Made by a program: the position numbers and the translations under genes
Shown here: positions 35,676 to 45,283 of the stretch, piece by piece
How the letters are laid out: every line of letters begins with the position of its first letter
How positions within the stretch are numbered: the first letter of the stretch is position 1
Notes under the pieces: model-generated
Told to the model about the DNA's origin: nothing
Database searches by the model: none
What the model saw: only the letters and a program-made list of their open reading frames with translations
DNA from: Thermoanaerobaculia bacterium
GTDB taxonomy: Bacteria > Acidobacteriota > Thermoanaerobaculia > Multivoradales > Multivoraceae
NCBI GenBank assembly: GCA_022822365.1
Contig: JAJEBV010000050.1
Coordinates: 411 to 64,410 of the forward strand
Direction: 5' to 3'
DNA length: 64,000 nucleotides

Positions 35676-38246
35676 TCAGAAAACGGTCGCCGCCGGCTTG
35701 ACCTCGAAGGTCACGTCGCGCGGCGGCTCGACGCCGAGCAGGTGCTCGACGAAGTAGTCCCAGGTGCGGAGCAGGGCGTACGGCTCGGCGCCGCCGCCGT
35801 GGTTGCGGTTCGGAAGGTAGAGCAGGTCGTAGGGCTTGTTCGCCTTGATCAGCGCGTCGACCATCCGGAAGGCCTGGGCCGGGGGCACGTTCTCGTCCAT
35901 GTCGCCGTAGACGAGCAGCAGGCGCCCCTCGAGTTTCCCGGCCATTGCCGTGATGTCGAGCGGTTCCCAGCTCTTCGGGGCCTCGTCGGGCCGCGTCCGG
36001 GTCCTGCCGCCGTCTGAGTAGACGGCAGGTCCCGTGAACGCCTCGAATCCGGGGTAGATCGCCGCGTAGTCGTAGACGCCGGCGCCTGAGACGGCCACGT
36101 CGTAGAAGTCCGGCCGGCTGAGGATGGCCTGGGCGGTGAACGTCCCGCCCCAGGACCAGCCGTAGATGCCGACCCGCTCCGGGTCCATCTCGGGCTTGAG
36201 CTCCGCCCACTGGCGGATCGCGGCCACGTGGTCTTCAATGGCGACCTGCGTGAACTCCGGGTAGCCCGCGTCGCGGAAGGCGCTGGAGCGGCCCGGGGTG
36301 CCGCGGCCGTCCGTGACGACGACGGCGAAGCCCAGGCGCGCCAGCGCCGGCTCGGCCGACGGGTTGCGCGCTCCCACGGCCTGCACGAAGTTCCGCGGCG
36401 CCACGTACACCTGCGGGCCGCCGTAGACCGCGTCGATCACCGGGTGCCGGCCGCCCTCGACCTCGCGCTGCGGCGCGAAGTAGACCGAGTACACCTTCGT
36501 CTCCCCGTCGGCGGCGAGGAAGGCCCGGCGTTCCGGCGGCACGAATCCGGCCGCGAACAGCGCCGAGGCGTCCGTCTGCTCGACCTCGGCCAGCACCTTT
36601 CCGTCTTCCGTCGAGCGCAGTACCGTGATCGGCGGGCGATCCACGGTCGAGTGGGTGTCGAGGAAGACGCCGAGGTCGGGGCGGATCCGGGGCGGCGGCG
36701 GAGCGAGGCCGAAGAGGGCCTCCATCATCGGCACCGGCGCCGGCTCGAAGTGGTGGTCGGCATCGTTCGCGGTCAGCAGCACGACTTCGCCTGCCCGAGG
36801 CGATGCGGGATCGAACGACGCCCGGTAGAGATGGCGCAGGTACGGGTCGCGGCCGGGCTCGCGGCCGCCGCCCGTGAAGTAGACCTGCTGGCCGGCCTCG
36901 TCGACGTGGATGATGTCGAGCACCGTCCAGTCGCCGGACGTCACCTTGCCGACGAGATCGGCCGAGTCGTCGTCCGCCAGCTCGTAGACGTAGAGGTGCC
37001 CCCAACCGCTGCGGTCCGAGTACCAGAGCACCCGACGCTCGTCCTCCGGCCCACGCACCAGCCGGACGTTGGGACGGTTGTACATGTGGGTGTTCGACTC
37101 CACCCGCGTCTCGTTCGTCTCCCAGATCACGGGCGTCGCCTTGCCTGACTCGACGTCGATCGCGACCAGGGCGCCGCTCTTGCCGGCGTAGCCCCCGGCC
37201 CGGAGGTAGACCCGGTTCCGCTCCAGATCCCAGCCGATGACGGCGCCGAGCCCGGGCCTGTCGGTTTCGTCGGGCAGCGAAGCACCCTCGAAGTCGACCA
37301 GGACCCTCCCGCCCTTCTTCGTGTCGAAGAGGAACCAGTCCACGTTCATCTCGTCTTCGTCGCCCGCGATCGGTTCGCGCAACAGGTGCACGACCGGCCG
37401 GCGGCTGCCGTCGGTCGGCACCCATTCGACGAACGGCACGGCCTCGAGCAGCCGCTCGTCCATGCGCGGCGCGAGCAGGAAGCGGCCGTCCGGCGACCAG
37501 CTCGACAGGTAGGGCGGCTGGCGCAGGCCCGTCTTCCTGGCGGCGACCGTCAGCAGCGAGGAGTCGGGCCACTTGCCGTAGGAGAAGTAGGTCTTGCCGT
37601 CGTGGGTGAGGCGGGTTTCCTCGCCGGTCTCGAGATGGCGCACGAACAGGTTGTCGTCGCGGGTGAAGGCCGCGCGGGTTCCGTCCGGCGACGGCAGCAG
37701 GCCGGGCTCGGGCGGCTTGATCGCCTGCGCGGCGCAGTCGAAGTCGGCTACCGAGCAGGTGACCCGCTGGGCGCCTTGACGGGCGGTCAGCGTCGCCAGG
37801 TCGTCCGAGAGCGAGAGTCCCGGCAGCCCCTCCAGGGTCGGGGTGCTCTCCCCGCCTTCCTCGTCGCCCTCCGCCGCGCTCCCGCCGGCGGTCGCCAGGG
37901 CCTCGGCGATCGACGCCGCCATCCGCGCATGATCGAAGGCAGGCCGGCGCGACCGCGCCTCCAGGTCGAACACGACGAGTTCGGGGCCGGCTTCGCCGTC
38001 GCGGCCGTACCAGAAGCCGGTCGTCTCGAGGTCGGCGTCCAGCCAGTGCGGCGTGATCTCCGCGTTGCGGAGCAGGGCCAGCAGGTTGCCTTCGACCAGC
38101 GCCGCCGCGGCCCGGTAGTCCTCCGCGTCCGGGCCGGCCGTCTCCTGGGCGCCGGCGCTGCCAACCGCCAGACCGAGGACCAGAGCCGGCGCAAGCACTC
38201 CGCAGGCCCAACGGCTGCGGTACACTCGCGCGGATCCGGACTTCAT
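35676..38246 (-). CDS. S9-family serine peptidase (dipeptidyl-peptidase/prolyl oligopeptidase type with N-terminal beta-propeller)
   Basis: Signal peptide. Catalytic 'GWSWGG' nucleophile elbow, then '...DENVP...' and 'NRNHG' Asp/His region in the C-terminal alpha/beta-hydrolase domain. Confidence 0.85.
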   Translation of the reverse strand: MKSGSARVYRSRWACGVLAPALVLGLAVGSAGAQETAGPDAEDYRAAAALVEGNLLALLRNAEITPHWLDADLETTGFWYGRDGEAGPELVVFDLEARSRRPAFDHARMAASIAEALATAGGSAAEGDEEGGESTPTLEGLPGLSLSDDLATLTARQGAQRVTCSVADFDCAAQAIKPPEPGLLPSPDGTRAAFTRDDNLFVRHLETGEETRLTHDGKTYFSYGKWPDSSLLTVAARKTGLRQPPYLSSWSPDGRFLLAPRMDERLLEAVPFVEWVPTDGSRRPVVHLLREPIAGDEDEMNVDWFLFDTKKGGRVLVDFEGASLPDETDRPGLGAVIGWDLERNRVYLRAGGYAGKSGALVAIDVESGKATPVIWETNETRVESNTHMYNRPNVRLVRGPEDERRVLWYSDRSGWGHLYVYELADDDSADLVGKVTSGDWTVLDIIHVDEAGQQVYFTGGGREPGRDPYLRHLYRASFDPASPRAGEVVLLTANDADHHFEPAPVPMMEALFGLAPPPPRIRPDLGVFLDTHSTVDRPPITVLRSTEDGKVLAEVEQTDASALFAAGFVPPERRAFLAADGETKVYSVYFAPQREVEGGRHPVIDAVYGGPQVYVAPRNFVQAVGARNPSAEPALARLGFAVVVTDGRGTPGRSSAFRDAGYPEFTQVAIEDHVAAIRQWAELKPEMDPERVGIYGWSWGGTFTAQAILSRPDFYDVAVSGAGVYDYAAIYPGFEAFTGPAVYSDGGRTRTRPDEAPKSWEPLDITAMAGKLEGRLLLVYGDMDENVPPAQAFRMVDALIKANKPYDLLYLPNRNHGGGAEPYALLRTWDYFVEHLLGVEPPRDVTFEVKPAATVF

Positions 38247-38262
38247 CTGCGGGAGGGTAGCG

Positions 38263-39552
38263 ATGACGAGTCGACGCCTGGTTGGTTTTGCGTTCTGCCT
38301 GGTCTTTGCCGCGGCGGCCCACGGCGCTGCTGACGCGGAAGGGCCGACATTCTATGAGGATGTCCTGCCCATCCTGCAGCAGAACTGCCAGGAGTGTCAC
38401 CGGCCGTCGGGCAGCAAGATCTACCGGGGCGGCGTGCCCATGTCGCTCACGACGTACGAGGAGGCCCGGCCCTGGGCGCGCTCGATCGTCCGCATGACGG
38501 CGTCGAAGGAGATGCCGCCGTGGGACGCCTCCGAGCACTTCGACGGCGTGTTCCGGAACGAGCGCGGCCTGACCGACGGGGAGATCGCAACGCTGAAGCG
38601 CTGGGTCGAGGCGGGCGCGCAGTCCGGCCGTCCCGAGAACGGCCCCGCGCCCATCGAGTGGCCCGACGACGACGGCTGGGTGTTCACCGATCCCGACCTC
38701 GTGCTCAAGATGCCCGAGCCCTACTACGTCGAGGACGACATCAAGGACGTCTACACCAAGCACCGCCTGATCCTGACTCCGGACCTCCTGCCCGAGGACA
38801 AGTGGGTGCAGGAGATCGAGTTCCGCCGCGGCAGCGAGCTCGTCCACCACTTCAACATCTTCGTCAAGAGTCCGGACGACGAGGAGACCCGCGGCGACGG
38901 GAACTACCTCGGCGGCGCCACGTCAGGCTCGCCGCCGCACGTGTGGCCGGAGGGCTACGGCTCGCTGCTGCGGACCGGCGACACGCTGACCTTCGACCTG
39001 CACTACCACAAGGAGCCGGGCCCCGGCAGCGGCGGCTGGGACCAGTCGTCCATCGCGCTCAAGTTCGCGACGAAGCCGGTCGAGCACCCGATCCACTTCT
39101 TCCCGATCAGCAACTTCGAGTTCGAGATTCCGGCCAACCACGACTACTGGCACGACACGGCCGAACGGACGTTCGAACGCGACGTGACGATCCTCGGCAT
39201 GCTCCCCCACATGCACATGCGCGGCCGCGAGGCGAAGTACACCGTCCTCTACCCGGACGGCCGCGAGGAGCAGATCCTCCACGTGCCGGACTGGGACTTC
39301 GACTGGCAGGAGATCTACTGGTACGACGAGCCGAAGGTACTGCCCGCGGGCAGCACCCTGCGCATCGACATGTGGTTCGACAACTCGCCCGAGGAGGCGG
39401 AGCGCTGGGGCTTCAACCCGGACCGCGTCGTGACGTTCGGGCCGGAGTCGACCGACGAGATGCTGATGGGCTTCATCTCCTGCGTCTACAACGACGAGGA
39501 GCCGCCCAGGGCGCGCCTGCCCGGCGTGATCGAGACGACCGGCGGGGAGTAG
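38263..39552 (+). CDS. exported c-type cytochrome domain protein with C-terminal PHM/DBH-like (copper monooxygenase-like) domain, tentative
   Basis: SD 'GGGAGGG' precedes ATG and a signal peptide. Single 'CQECH' heme motif. C-terminal 'HFNIFV...HYHKEPG...HMHMRGR...DWDFDWQ' resembles the His-rich/Met copper sites of the peptidylglycine monooxygenase fold. This is fold-level inference only. Confidence 0.5.
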   Translation: MTSRRLVGFAFCLVFAAAAHGAADAEGPTFYEDVLPILQQNCQECHRPSGSKIYRGGVPMSLTTYEEARPWARSIVRMTASKEMPPWDASEHFDGVFRNERGLTDGEIATLKRWVEAGAQSGRPENGPAPIEWPDDDGWVFTDPDLVLKMPEPYYVEDDIKDVYTKHRLILTPDLLPEDKWVQEIEFRRGSELVHHFNIFVKSPDDEETRGDGNYLGGATSGSPPHVWPEGYGSLLRTGDTLTFDLHYHKEPGPGSGGWDQSSIALKFATKPVEHPIHFFPISNFEFEIPANHDYWHDTAERTFERDVTILGMLPHMHMRGREAKYTVLYPDGREEQILHVPDWDFDWQEIYWYDEPKVLPAGSTLRIDMWFDNSPEEAERWGFNPDRVVTFGPESTDEMLMGFISCVYNDEEPPRARLPGVIETTGGE

Positions 39553-39587
39553 GCGGAAGCGGGTCAGAGGACCCGCGCACCCAGCAG
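39552..39587. repeat. solo repeat arm (F-arm hairpin) between convergent genes, possible bidirectional terminator
   Basis: 'GGCGGAAGCGGGTCAGAGGACCCGCGCACCCAGCAG' starts at the stop codon of 38263..39552 and ends 8 nt before the stop of the minus-strand SBP gene. Confidence 0.6.
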
Positions 39588-39594
39588 GGCCGTG

Positions 39595-40773
39595 TCAGTA
39601 GGACAGGTTCTCGGTCACGCGGACCCACCGTCCGTCCTGCACCTGGGAGAGGAAGGACTCGTTCGTGCCGAGGTGTTTCTCCGGCCCGAAGCTCAGGACG
39701 GGGCCGCCGAAGATGTCCTGGTAGTCGTCTACCGACTCGATCGCGGCGACCAGCCCGTCGACCGTGAGGTCCGGCCCGGCGTCGCGCAGCGCACGGACCG
39801 TGAAGTCGGCCAGCACCCAGCCGAAGAGCGAGCCGGTGTTGGGCTCCTGGCCGTAGCGTTCGTCGTAAGCGGCGACGAAGTCTCGGACCTCCTGGCGGGG
39901 ATGATCGGGGTAGGGGAACTCGAACGAGGTCATCGCGTAGAAGCCGTTCGTCACACCGCCCTCCGCCTCCGCGACCTCGGACTCGAACGCCGCGATCGTG
40001 CCGACGAAGTCGACGTCCCAGTCGATCCCCCGTGCCGCCGAGATCGCCAGGATCGTGTCGCCGATGATCGTTCCGAGCAGGATCAGGTCGCAGTCGGCCT
40101 GCCGGAGCTTGAGGATCGCCGCGCTGAAATCGGTGTCGAGAGGCCTGTGGGCGGTCGAGTCGGTGACCTCCCGTCCCATCTCGCCGAGCTGATCGTTCGC
40201 CGCGTCGGTCAGCTCCGTTCCGAAGTCCGTGTCCTGGGCCATCGTGCAGATGCGCTCCTTGCCCCTCTCCTCGATGAAGTACTTCGTGGCGGCGCGTATC
40301 TGTTCGTAGTAGGTGGAGATACCGGCGAACTTCAGCGGATGCAGCGGTTCCGCCATCGAACGCGCGCCCGAGAGCGGGAAGATGTTGGGAACGCCCGCCT
40401 CGAACTGGCTGCTCATGACGGCGTTGTTCATCGGCGTCCCGAGGGCGCCCACCATGGCGAAGATGTTGTCGCGGTGGATCAGCTTGTTGGCCGCCTGGAC
40501 CGCGCGAGGCACCTGGTACTGACCGTCCTCGACGACGAAGCGGATCTGGCGGCCATGGATGCCGCCTTCCGCGTTCGCGCGATCGAAGATCATTCGCGCC
40601 GCGTTCACGCTGCCGACACCAATGGCCGCGGCCGGACCGGACAGGTCACTGTAGGTGCCGAGCACGATCTCCCCGGCGGCCTCCGAAGTCTCGGGATCGG
40701 AGCCCCCGCATCCCGCCAGGACGGCGCCGATCAACATGCAAGCGACGGTGAGGGAACGGTGTCTGTCGGTCAT
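39595..40773 (-). CDS. ABC transporter substrate-binding lipoprotein (Liv/branched-chain-amino-acid-type family)
   Basis: SD 'GGAGGA' precedes ATG 40773. Lipobox 'LAGCGG'. Type I periplasmic-binding-fold motifs. The upstream 99 codons of the track ORF are junk overlapping the acyl-CoA synthetase gene. Confidence 0.8.
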   Translation of the reverse strand: MTDRHRSLTVACMLIGAVLAGCGGSDPETSEAAGEIVLGTYSDLSGPAAAIGVGSVNAARMIFDRANAEGGIHGRQIRFVVEDGQYQVPRAVQAANKLIHRDNIFAMVGALGTPMNNAVMSSQFEAGVPNIFPLSGARSMAEPLHPLKFAGISTYYEQIRAATKYFIEERGKERICTMAQDTDFGTELTDAANDQLGEMGREVTDSTAHRPLDTDFSAAILKLRQADCDLILLGTIIGDTILAISAARGIDWDVDFVGTIAAFESEVAEAEGGVTNGFYAMTSFEFPYPDHPRQEVRDFVAAYDERYGQEPNTGSLFGWVLADFTVRALRDAGPDLTVDGLVAAIESVDDYQDIFGGPVLSFGPEKHLGTNESFLSQVQDGRWVRVTENLSY

Positions 40774-42665
40774 GCCTGCTGTCCTCCGTACATCGAATCG
40801 ATCAGGGGGCGGTACTTCTCGTTCACGAACTTGCGCTTGAGCTTCATCGTCGGCGTGAGCTCGTCGTCCTCGGGGGTCAGCTCCTGGTCGATGAGGCGGA
40901 ACTTCTTCACCTGTTCGACGCGCGCGAACTTCGCGTTGACGGCCTCCACCTGTCCGTGGATCAGCTCGACGATCTGCTCCGCGGCGCACAGACTCTGGTA
41001 GTTGGTGAAGGGCACATGATGATCCTGAGCGTACTTGACGACGTTGTCGTGGTCGATCATCACGAGACACGTCAGGAACTTGCGCTTGTCGCCGATCACC
41101 ACCGCGTCGGCGATGTAGGGCGAGAACTTGAGCTGGTTCTCGATCTCGCTCGGCGTGATGTTCTTGCCGCCGGCCGTGATGATGATGTCCTTCATGCGGT
41201 CGGTGATCCTGAGGAAGCCCTCGTCGTCGATCTCGCCGACGTCGCCGGTGTGGAGCCAGCCGTCACGAATCGTCTCGGCCGTCTTCTCCGGCTGGTTGAG
41301 GTAACCCATGAAGACGAACTCTCCGCGGATCAGGATCTCGCCCTCCTCGGAGATCTTCACTTCGCCGTAGGGAACGGAGCGGCCCACCGTGCCGGGCTTG
41401 ATGTCGTCCGGCCGAAGGATGGAGGCGATGCCGGTGTTCTCGGTCTGGCCGTAGCCCTCCACCATGTCGATGCCGAGCGCGAGATACCAGCGGATCAGAT
41501 CGGGTGAGATCGGCGCGGCCCCGGTGCCGATCCAGCGGCAGCGGTCGAGGCCCAGGAACCTGCGGATGTTGCGTAGCACGAGCGCGTCGCCGACGCGGTA
41601 GGCGAGCTCCAGGACCGCCCCGGGCTTCTTGCCCGCGAGGCGTCTGTCCGCCCGTTTGAAGCCGATCCCTATCGCCTTTCCATACGCCCATCGCTGCAGG
41701 AAGGTGGCGTCGGAGAGGGCGATGCTGATGGCCGAGTAGAACTTCTCCCACACGCGCGGAACCGAGAAGAACAGCGTCGGCTGGATCTCCTGGGCGTTCT
41801 CGGGCACCGTTTCCGGGTTCTCGACGAAGTTGAGTTTCGTGCCGGTGTAGAGGGAGCCGTAGACGAAGATCCGCTCGGCGATGTGGCACAGGGGCAGGAA
41901 GGCCATGCGCTCGTCGTCCTCGTCCTGCGAGAGGACGTGCGGGGCGTTGACGCACTGGAACACGAGGTTGTGGTGGCTGATCATCGCCCCCTTCGGAGGC
42001 CCGGTGGTGCCGGAGGTGTAGACGAGGATCGCGAGGTCCTCGGGCTTCGCCAGCTCCAGGCACTCGGCCCAGGCCCCGGGGTGGAGCTCGTCCTGTTCGC
42101 GTCCGAGAGCGAGCAGGTCGTCGTAGCTCATGGCCCGCGGATCCTCGAAGTCCCGCAGGCCCTCCATGTCGAAGATGACGATCTGCTCGAGCGTGGGGCA
42201 CTTCTCGCGCACCTCGAGCACCTTGTCGAGTTGCTCCTCGTCTTCGACGAACATCACCTTGCAGCCCGAGTCGTTGACCAGGTAGTCCACCTGCTCGGCC
42301 GCATCCGTCGGGTAGATCCCCGCGCACACGCCGCCGACGCCGAGCACCCCCATGTCGGCGAACATCCACTCGACGATCGTGTTGGAGAGGATGCAGGCGA
42401 CGTCGCCCTTGCCGAAGCCGAGCGACCGCAGCCCCAGCCCCGTGTGGCGCGCCTTCTCGCCGAAGGTGCGCCAGGAGACGTCCTGCCAGATGCCGAAGTC
42501 CTTCTCGCGCATCGCGATGCGGTCGCCGTACCTCTCGACGCGGCTCCAGAACATCGTCGGTACGGTGCCGGCGAAGCTCGTGTCGCGCCAGATCTCGAGC
42601 TCGCGGCCGTCGTCGGCCGTGCGCGTCTCACGCACGAGATCGGGGTTCGATTCGGGGCCGGCCAT
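40770..42665 (-). CDS. long-chain acyl-CoA synthetase (AMP-binding family)
   Basis: AMP-binding motif 'YTSGTTGPPKGAMISH', 'GYGQTENTG', 'TGDVGEIDDEGFLRITDRMKD'. Start at ATG 42665 with SD 'GGAGGTGA', 2 nt after the livF stop. Its stop overlaps the SBP start in 'ATGA'. Confidence 0.8.
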   Translation of the reverse strand: MAGPESNPDLVRETRTADDGRELEIWRDTSFAGTVPTMFWSRVERYGDRIAMREKDFGIWQDVSWRTFGEKARHTGLGLRSLGFGKGDVACILSNTIVEWMFADMGVLGVGGVCAGIYPTDAAEQVDYLVNDSGCKVMFVEDEEQLDKVLEVREKCPTLEQIVIFDMEGLRDFEDPRAMSYDDLLALGREQDELHPGAWAECLELAKPEDLAILVYTSGTTGPPKGAMISHHNLVFQCVNAPHVLSQDEDDERMAFLPLCHIAERIFVYGSLYTGTKLNFVENPETVPENAQEIQPTLFFSVPRVWEKFYSAISIALSDATFLQRWAYGKAIGIGFKRADRRLAGKKPGAVLELAYRVGDALVLRNIRRFLGLDRCRWIGTGAAPISPDLIRWYLALGIDMVEGYGQTENTGIASILRPDDIKPGTVGRSVPYGEVKISEEGEILIRGEFVFMGYLNQPEKTAETIRDGWLHTGDVGEIDDEGFLRITDRMKDIIITAGGKNITPSEIENQLKFSPYIADAVVIGDKRKFLTCLVMIDHDNVVKYAQDHHVPFTNYQSLCAAEQIVELIHGQVEAVNAKFARVEQVKKFRLIDQELTPEDDELTPTMKLKRKFVNEKYRPLIDSMYGGQQA

Positions 42666-42667
42666 GC

Positions 42668-43432
42668 TCACCTCCAGGTCTTGCGCTTCTTCCACCGGCG
42701 GACCCCCCTCGGCATCTGGTCCTTCATGCCGAGGTAGAACTCCTGGATGTCCGGCGAGCTCTCGAGCTTCTCGCAGGTGTCGTCCATGACCACCCTGCCG
42801 TTCTCGAGCACGTAGCCGTAGTGCGAGTGTCGCAGCGCGACGTGGGCGTTCTGCTCGACGACGAGGATCGTCATGCCCGCCTCCTCGTTGATGCGCCTGA
42901 TGATCTCGAAGATCTGGTGGACCAGGATCGGAGACAGGCCGAGCGACGGCTCGTCGAGCAGCAGCATCTTCGGATGCGCCATCAGGGCGCGTCCGATGGC
43001 GAGCATCTGCTGCTCGCCGCCGGATAGCTGGCTCGCCGGCTGCGAGCCCCGATCGGCGAGCGCCGGGAAGTAGTCGTAGACGCGGTCGAGATCGCCGGCG
43101 ATGCCGGCGCGGTCGCGGCGGCTGAAGGCGCCCATGCGCAGGTTCTCGTTCACCGAGAGGAAGGGAAAGACCTCCCGGCCCTCCGGCACGTGGCTCAGGC
43201 CGAGACGCATGACGGCGTCGGGATCGCGACGCGCGATGTCCTCGCCGGCGAAGAGGATCTCGCCCTTCTGGGGATCCATCACGCCGGAGATCGTCCGGAG
43301 GATGGTCGTCTTGCCCGCGCCGTTGGCGCCCAGCACGGCGACGATCCGGCCTTCGGGCACCGCGAGGCTGACGCCGCGGATCGCCATGATCGGACCGTAG
43401 TAGGTCTCGACGTTCTTGAGCTCGAGCAGCAC
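42668..43432 (-). CDS. livF: ABC transporter ATP-binding protein (LivF-like)
   Basis: Walker A 'GANGAGKTT', signature 'LSGGEQQML', Walker B 'LLLDEPS'. Confidence 0.85.
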   Translation of the reverse strand: MLLELKNVETYYGPIMAIRGVSLAVPEGRIVAVLGANGAGKTTILRTISGVMDPQKGEILFAGEDIARRDPDAVMRLGLSHVPEGREVFPFLSVNENLRMGAFSRRDRAGIAGDLDRVYDYFPALADRGSQPASQLSGGEQQMLAIGRALMAHPKMLLLDEPSLGLSPILVHQIFEIIRRINEEAGMTILVVEQNAHVALRHSHYGYVLENGRVVMDDTCEKLESSPDIQEFYLGMKDQMPRGVRRWKKRKTWR

Positions 43433-43433
43433 C

Positions 43434-44195
43434 TCAGTCCGCTCCCAGGTAGGCGTCGACGACGGCGGGATTCTTCTGCACCTCCGCGGGGCTGCCCTCC
43501 GCGATCACGCGACCCTCGTTGAGGGCGAGCACCCGCCCCGCCACCCGGCTCACGAGACCCATGTCGTGCGCCACCATGACGACCGTGACGCCGAGGTCGC
43601 GGTTGATGTCCTCGATCCAGAACCCCATGTCCTCGCTCTCCTCGGGGTTGAGCCCCGAGGTCGGCTCGTCGAGGAGCAGCAGCTTCGGCTCCAGGCAGAG
43701 CGCGCGGCCCACCTCGACGACCTTGCGCACCCCGTAGGGCAGGTTCGCGATCCTCTGCTCGCGGTAGTGGGCGAGCTCGAGGAGGTCGATGACGTCTTCC
43801 ACGCGGCGCCGGTGTTCGAGCTCCTCCCGCCTCACCGCGGGGAGAAACAGGAGATGGGACAGCGCCGTCGAGCGCCGGTGGACATGACGGCCGATCAGGA
43901 GGTTCTGCAGAACGGTGGCGTGCTCGAAGAGCTCGATGTTCTGGAACGTCCGCGCGAGGCCGAGCGGTGCGATGCGATGCGCCGGCAGCGAGGTGATGTC
44001 GCGGCCCGCGAAGCGAACGCTCCCGCCGTCGGGGAAGTAGATGCCGCTCACCAGGTTGAAGAGCGTCGTCTTGCCGGCTCCGTTCGGTCCGATGATGGCG
44101 AAGACCTCGCCCTCCTCGACCTCGAAGCTCACGTCGTCGACGGCACGAATGCCGCCGAAGCTGATCGACAGGTCCGTAACGGCGAGGTAGCTCAC
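43434..44195 (-). CDS. livG: ABC transporter ATP-binding protein (LivG-like)
   Basis: Walker A 'GPNGAGKTT' and 'LLLDEPTSGLNPEE'. GTG start overlaps the livM stop in 'GTGA'. The remainder of the 794-aa track ORF is out-of-context junk. Confidence 0.8.
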   Translation of the reverse strand: MSYLAVTDLSISFGGIRAVDDVSFEVEEGEVFAIIGPNGAGKTTLFNLVSGIYFPDGGSVRFAGRDITSLPAHRIAPLGLARTFQNIELFEHATVLQNLLIGRHVHRRSTALSHLLFLPAVRREELEHRRRVEDVIDLLELAHYREQRIANLPYGVRKVVEVGRALCLEPKLLLLDEPTSGLNPEESEDMGFWIEDINRDLGVTVVMVAHDMGLVSRVAGRVLALNEGRVIAEGSPAEVQKNPAVVDAYLGAD

Positions 44196-45268
44196 CGCAG
44201 TCGCTCCGTGCGCAGGTAGGTCTTCTGGCGGCGGTGCGTCGCCCGGCGGTAGAGCGGGAACAACTGGAAGTAGCTCTTGATCTTGAGCCAGCGGCCGAAG
44301 ATGCCCTGGGGCTCGAAGAGGATCACCAGCACGAGGATGAGGCCGAAGATCCCCGGCTCGAGGCCGGGCGCCTGAGCGATCTGCGGCGGCAGCGTGTCGC
44401 GGGCGATGGCGAGGAGCTGAGGCAGGAAGCCGATGAAGAGCGCGCCGTAGATGACGCCCCGCATCGAGCCGACCCCGCCGACCACCACCATCAGGAGGAG
44501 TTGCAGCGAGATGAGGAACGTGAAGGCGTCGGGCGAGAGGTAGCCGAGGCGATGCGCGAAGAGAGCACCGGCGAGGCCGGTGATGCCGGCGCTGAGAGCG
44601 AAAGCGAGGGTCTTGTAGACGGCCAGGTTGATGCCGACGCTCTCGGCCGAGATCTCCGAGTCGCGGATGGCGACCATGGCTCTTCCCGTCGAGGACCGCA
44701 GGATGTTGAGCGCCGCAAGGAGCGTCACGACGAGGAGCGCAAGCGTCAGGTAGTAGCGCTGCCAGCCTTCCGTGAGCGGCATCCCGAAGAGGCTCGGCTG
44801 CGGAACGGCGAGGCCGCGAAAGCCCCCGGTGAGCCACTCGGCGCGCGAAATCGTCTGCTCGGTGAGCATGGCGAAGGCCAGGGTGGCGATGGCGAGATAG
44901 ATGCCCGTCATCCGGAGGGCGATCCACCCCACGCCGGCGCCGACGAGCGCCGAGACCAGGACCGCCGCGACGAGCGAGAGGAGGAACGGGAGACCGGCGC
45001 CCAGAAGCAGCGAGTGGGTGTAGGCGCCGATCGCCAGAAACGCCGCGTGGCCCAGGCTCACCTGGCCGGTGTAGCCCACGAGCAGCATCAGGCCGACGCC
45101 GGCGATGGCGTAGATCATCACCAGGTTGAGCTCGCCCAGGTAGAAGGTGCCGAGCGCCGCCGGCGCCGCGGCGACCAGCAGGAGGAGCAGGCCGTACCAG
45201 AACCGGTCGCCACCGTGCTTCAGGTGGTCGATGTCCTGGTTGTAGTGGGTCTTGAAGAGGAACCGCAT
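44192..45268 (-). CDS. livM: branched-chain-amino-acid-type ABC permease (LivM-like)
   Basis: 358 aa with 8-10 TM segments and a LivM-like conserved 'GYTGQVSLGHAAF' region. Confidence 0.8.
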   Translation of the reverse strand: MRFLFKTHYNQDIDHLKHGGDRFWYGLLLLLVAAAPAALGTFYLGELNLVMIYAIAGVGLMLLVGYTGQVSLGHAAFLAIGAYTHSLLLGAGLPFLLSLVAAVLVSALVGAGVGWIALRMTGIYLAIATLAFAMLTEQTISRAEWLTGGFRGLAVPQPSLFGMPLTEGWQRYYLTLALLVVTLLAALNILRSSTGRAMVAIRDSEISAESVGINLAVYKTLAFALSAGITGLAGALFAHRLGYLSPDAFTFLISLQLLLMVVVGGVGSMRGVIYGALFIGFLPQLLAIARDTLPPQIAQAPGLEPGIFGLILVLVILFEPQGIFGRWLKIKSYFQLFPLYRRATHRRQKTYLRTERLR

Positions 45269-45283
45269 GATGCTCGCCGGCCG

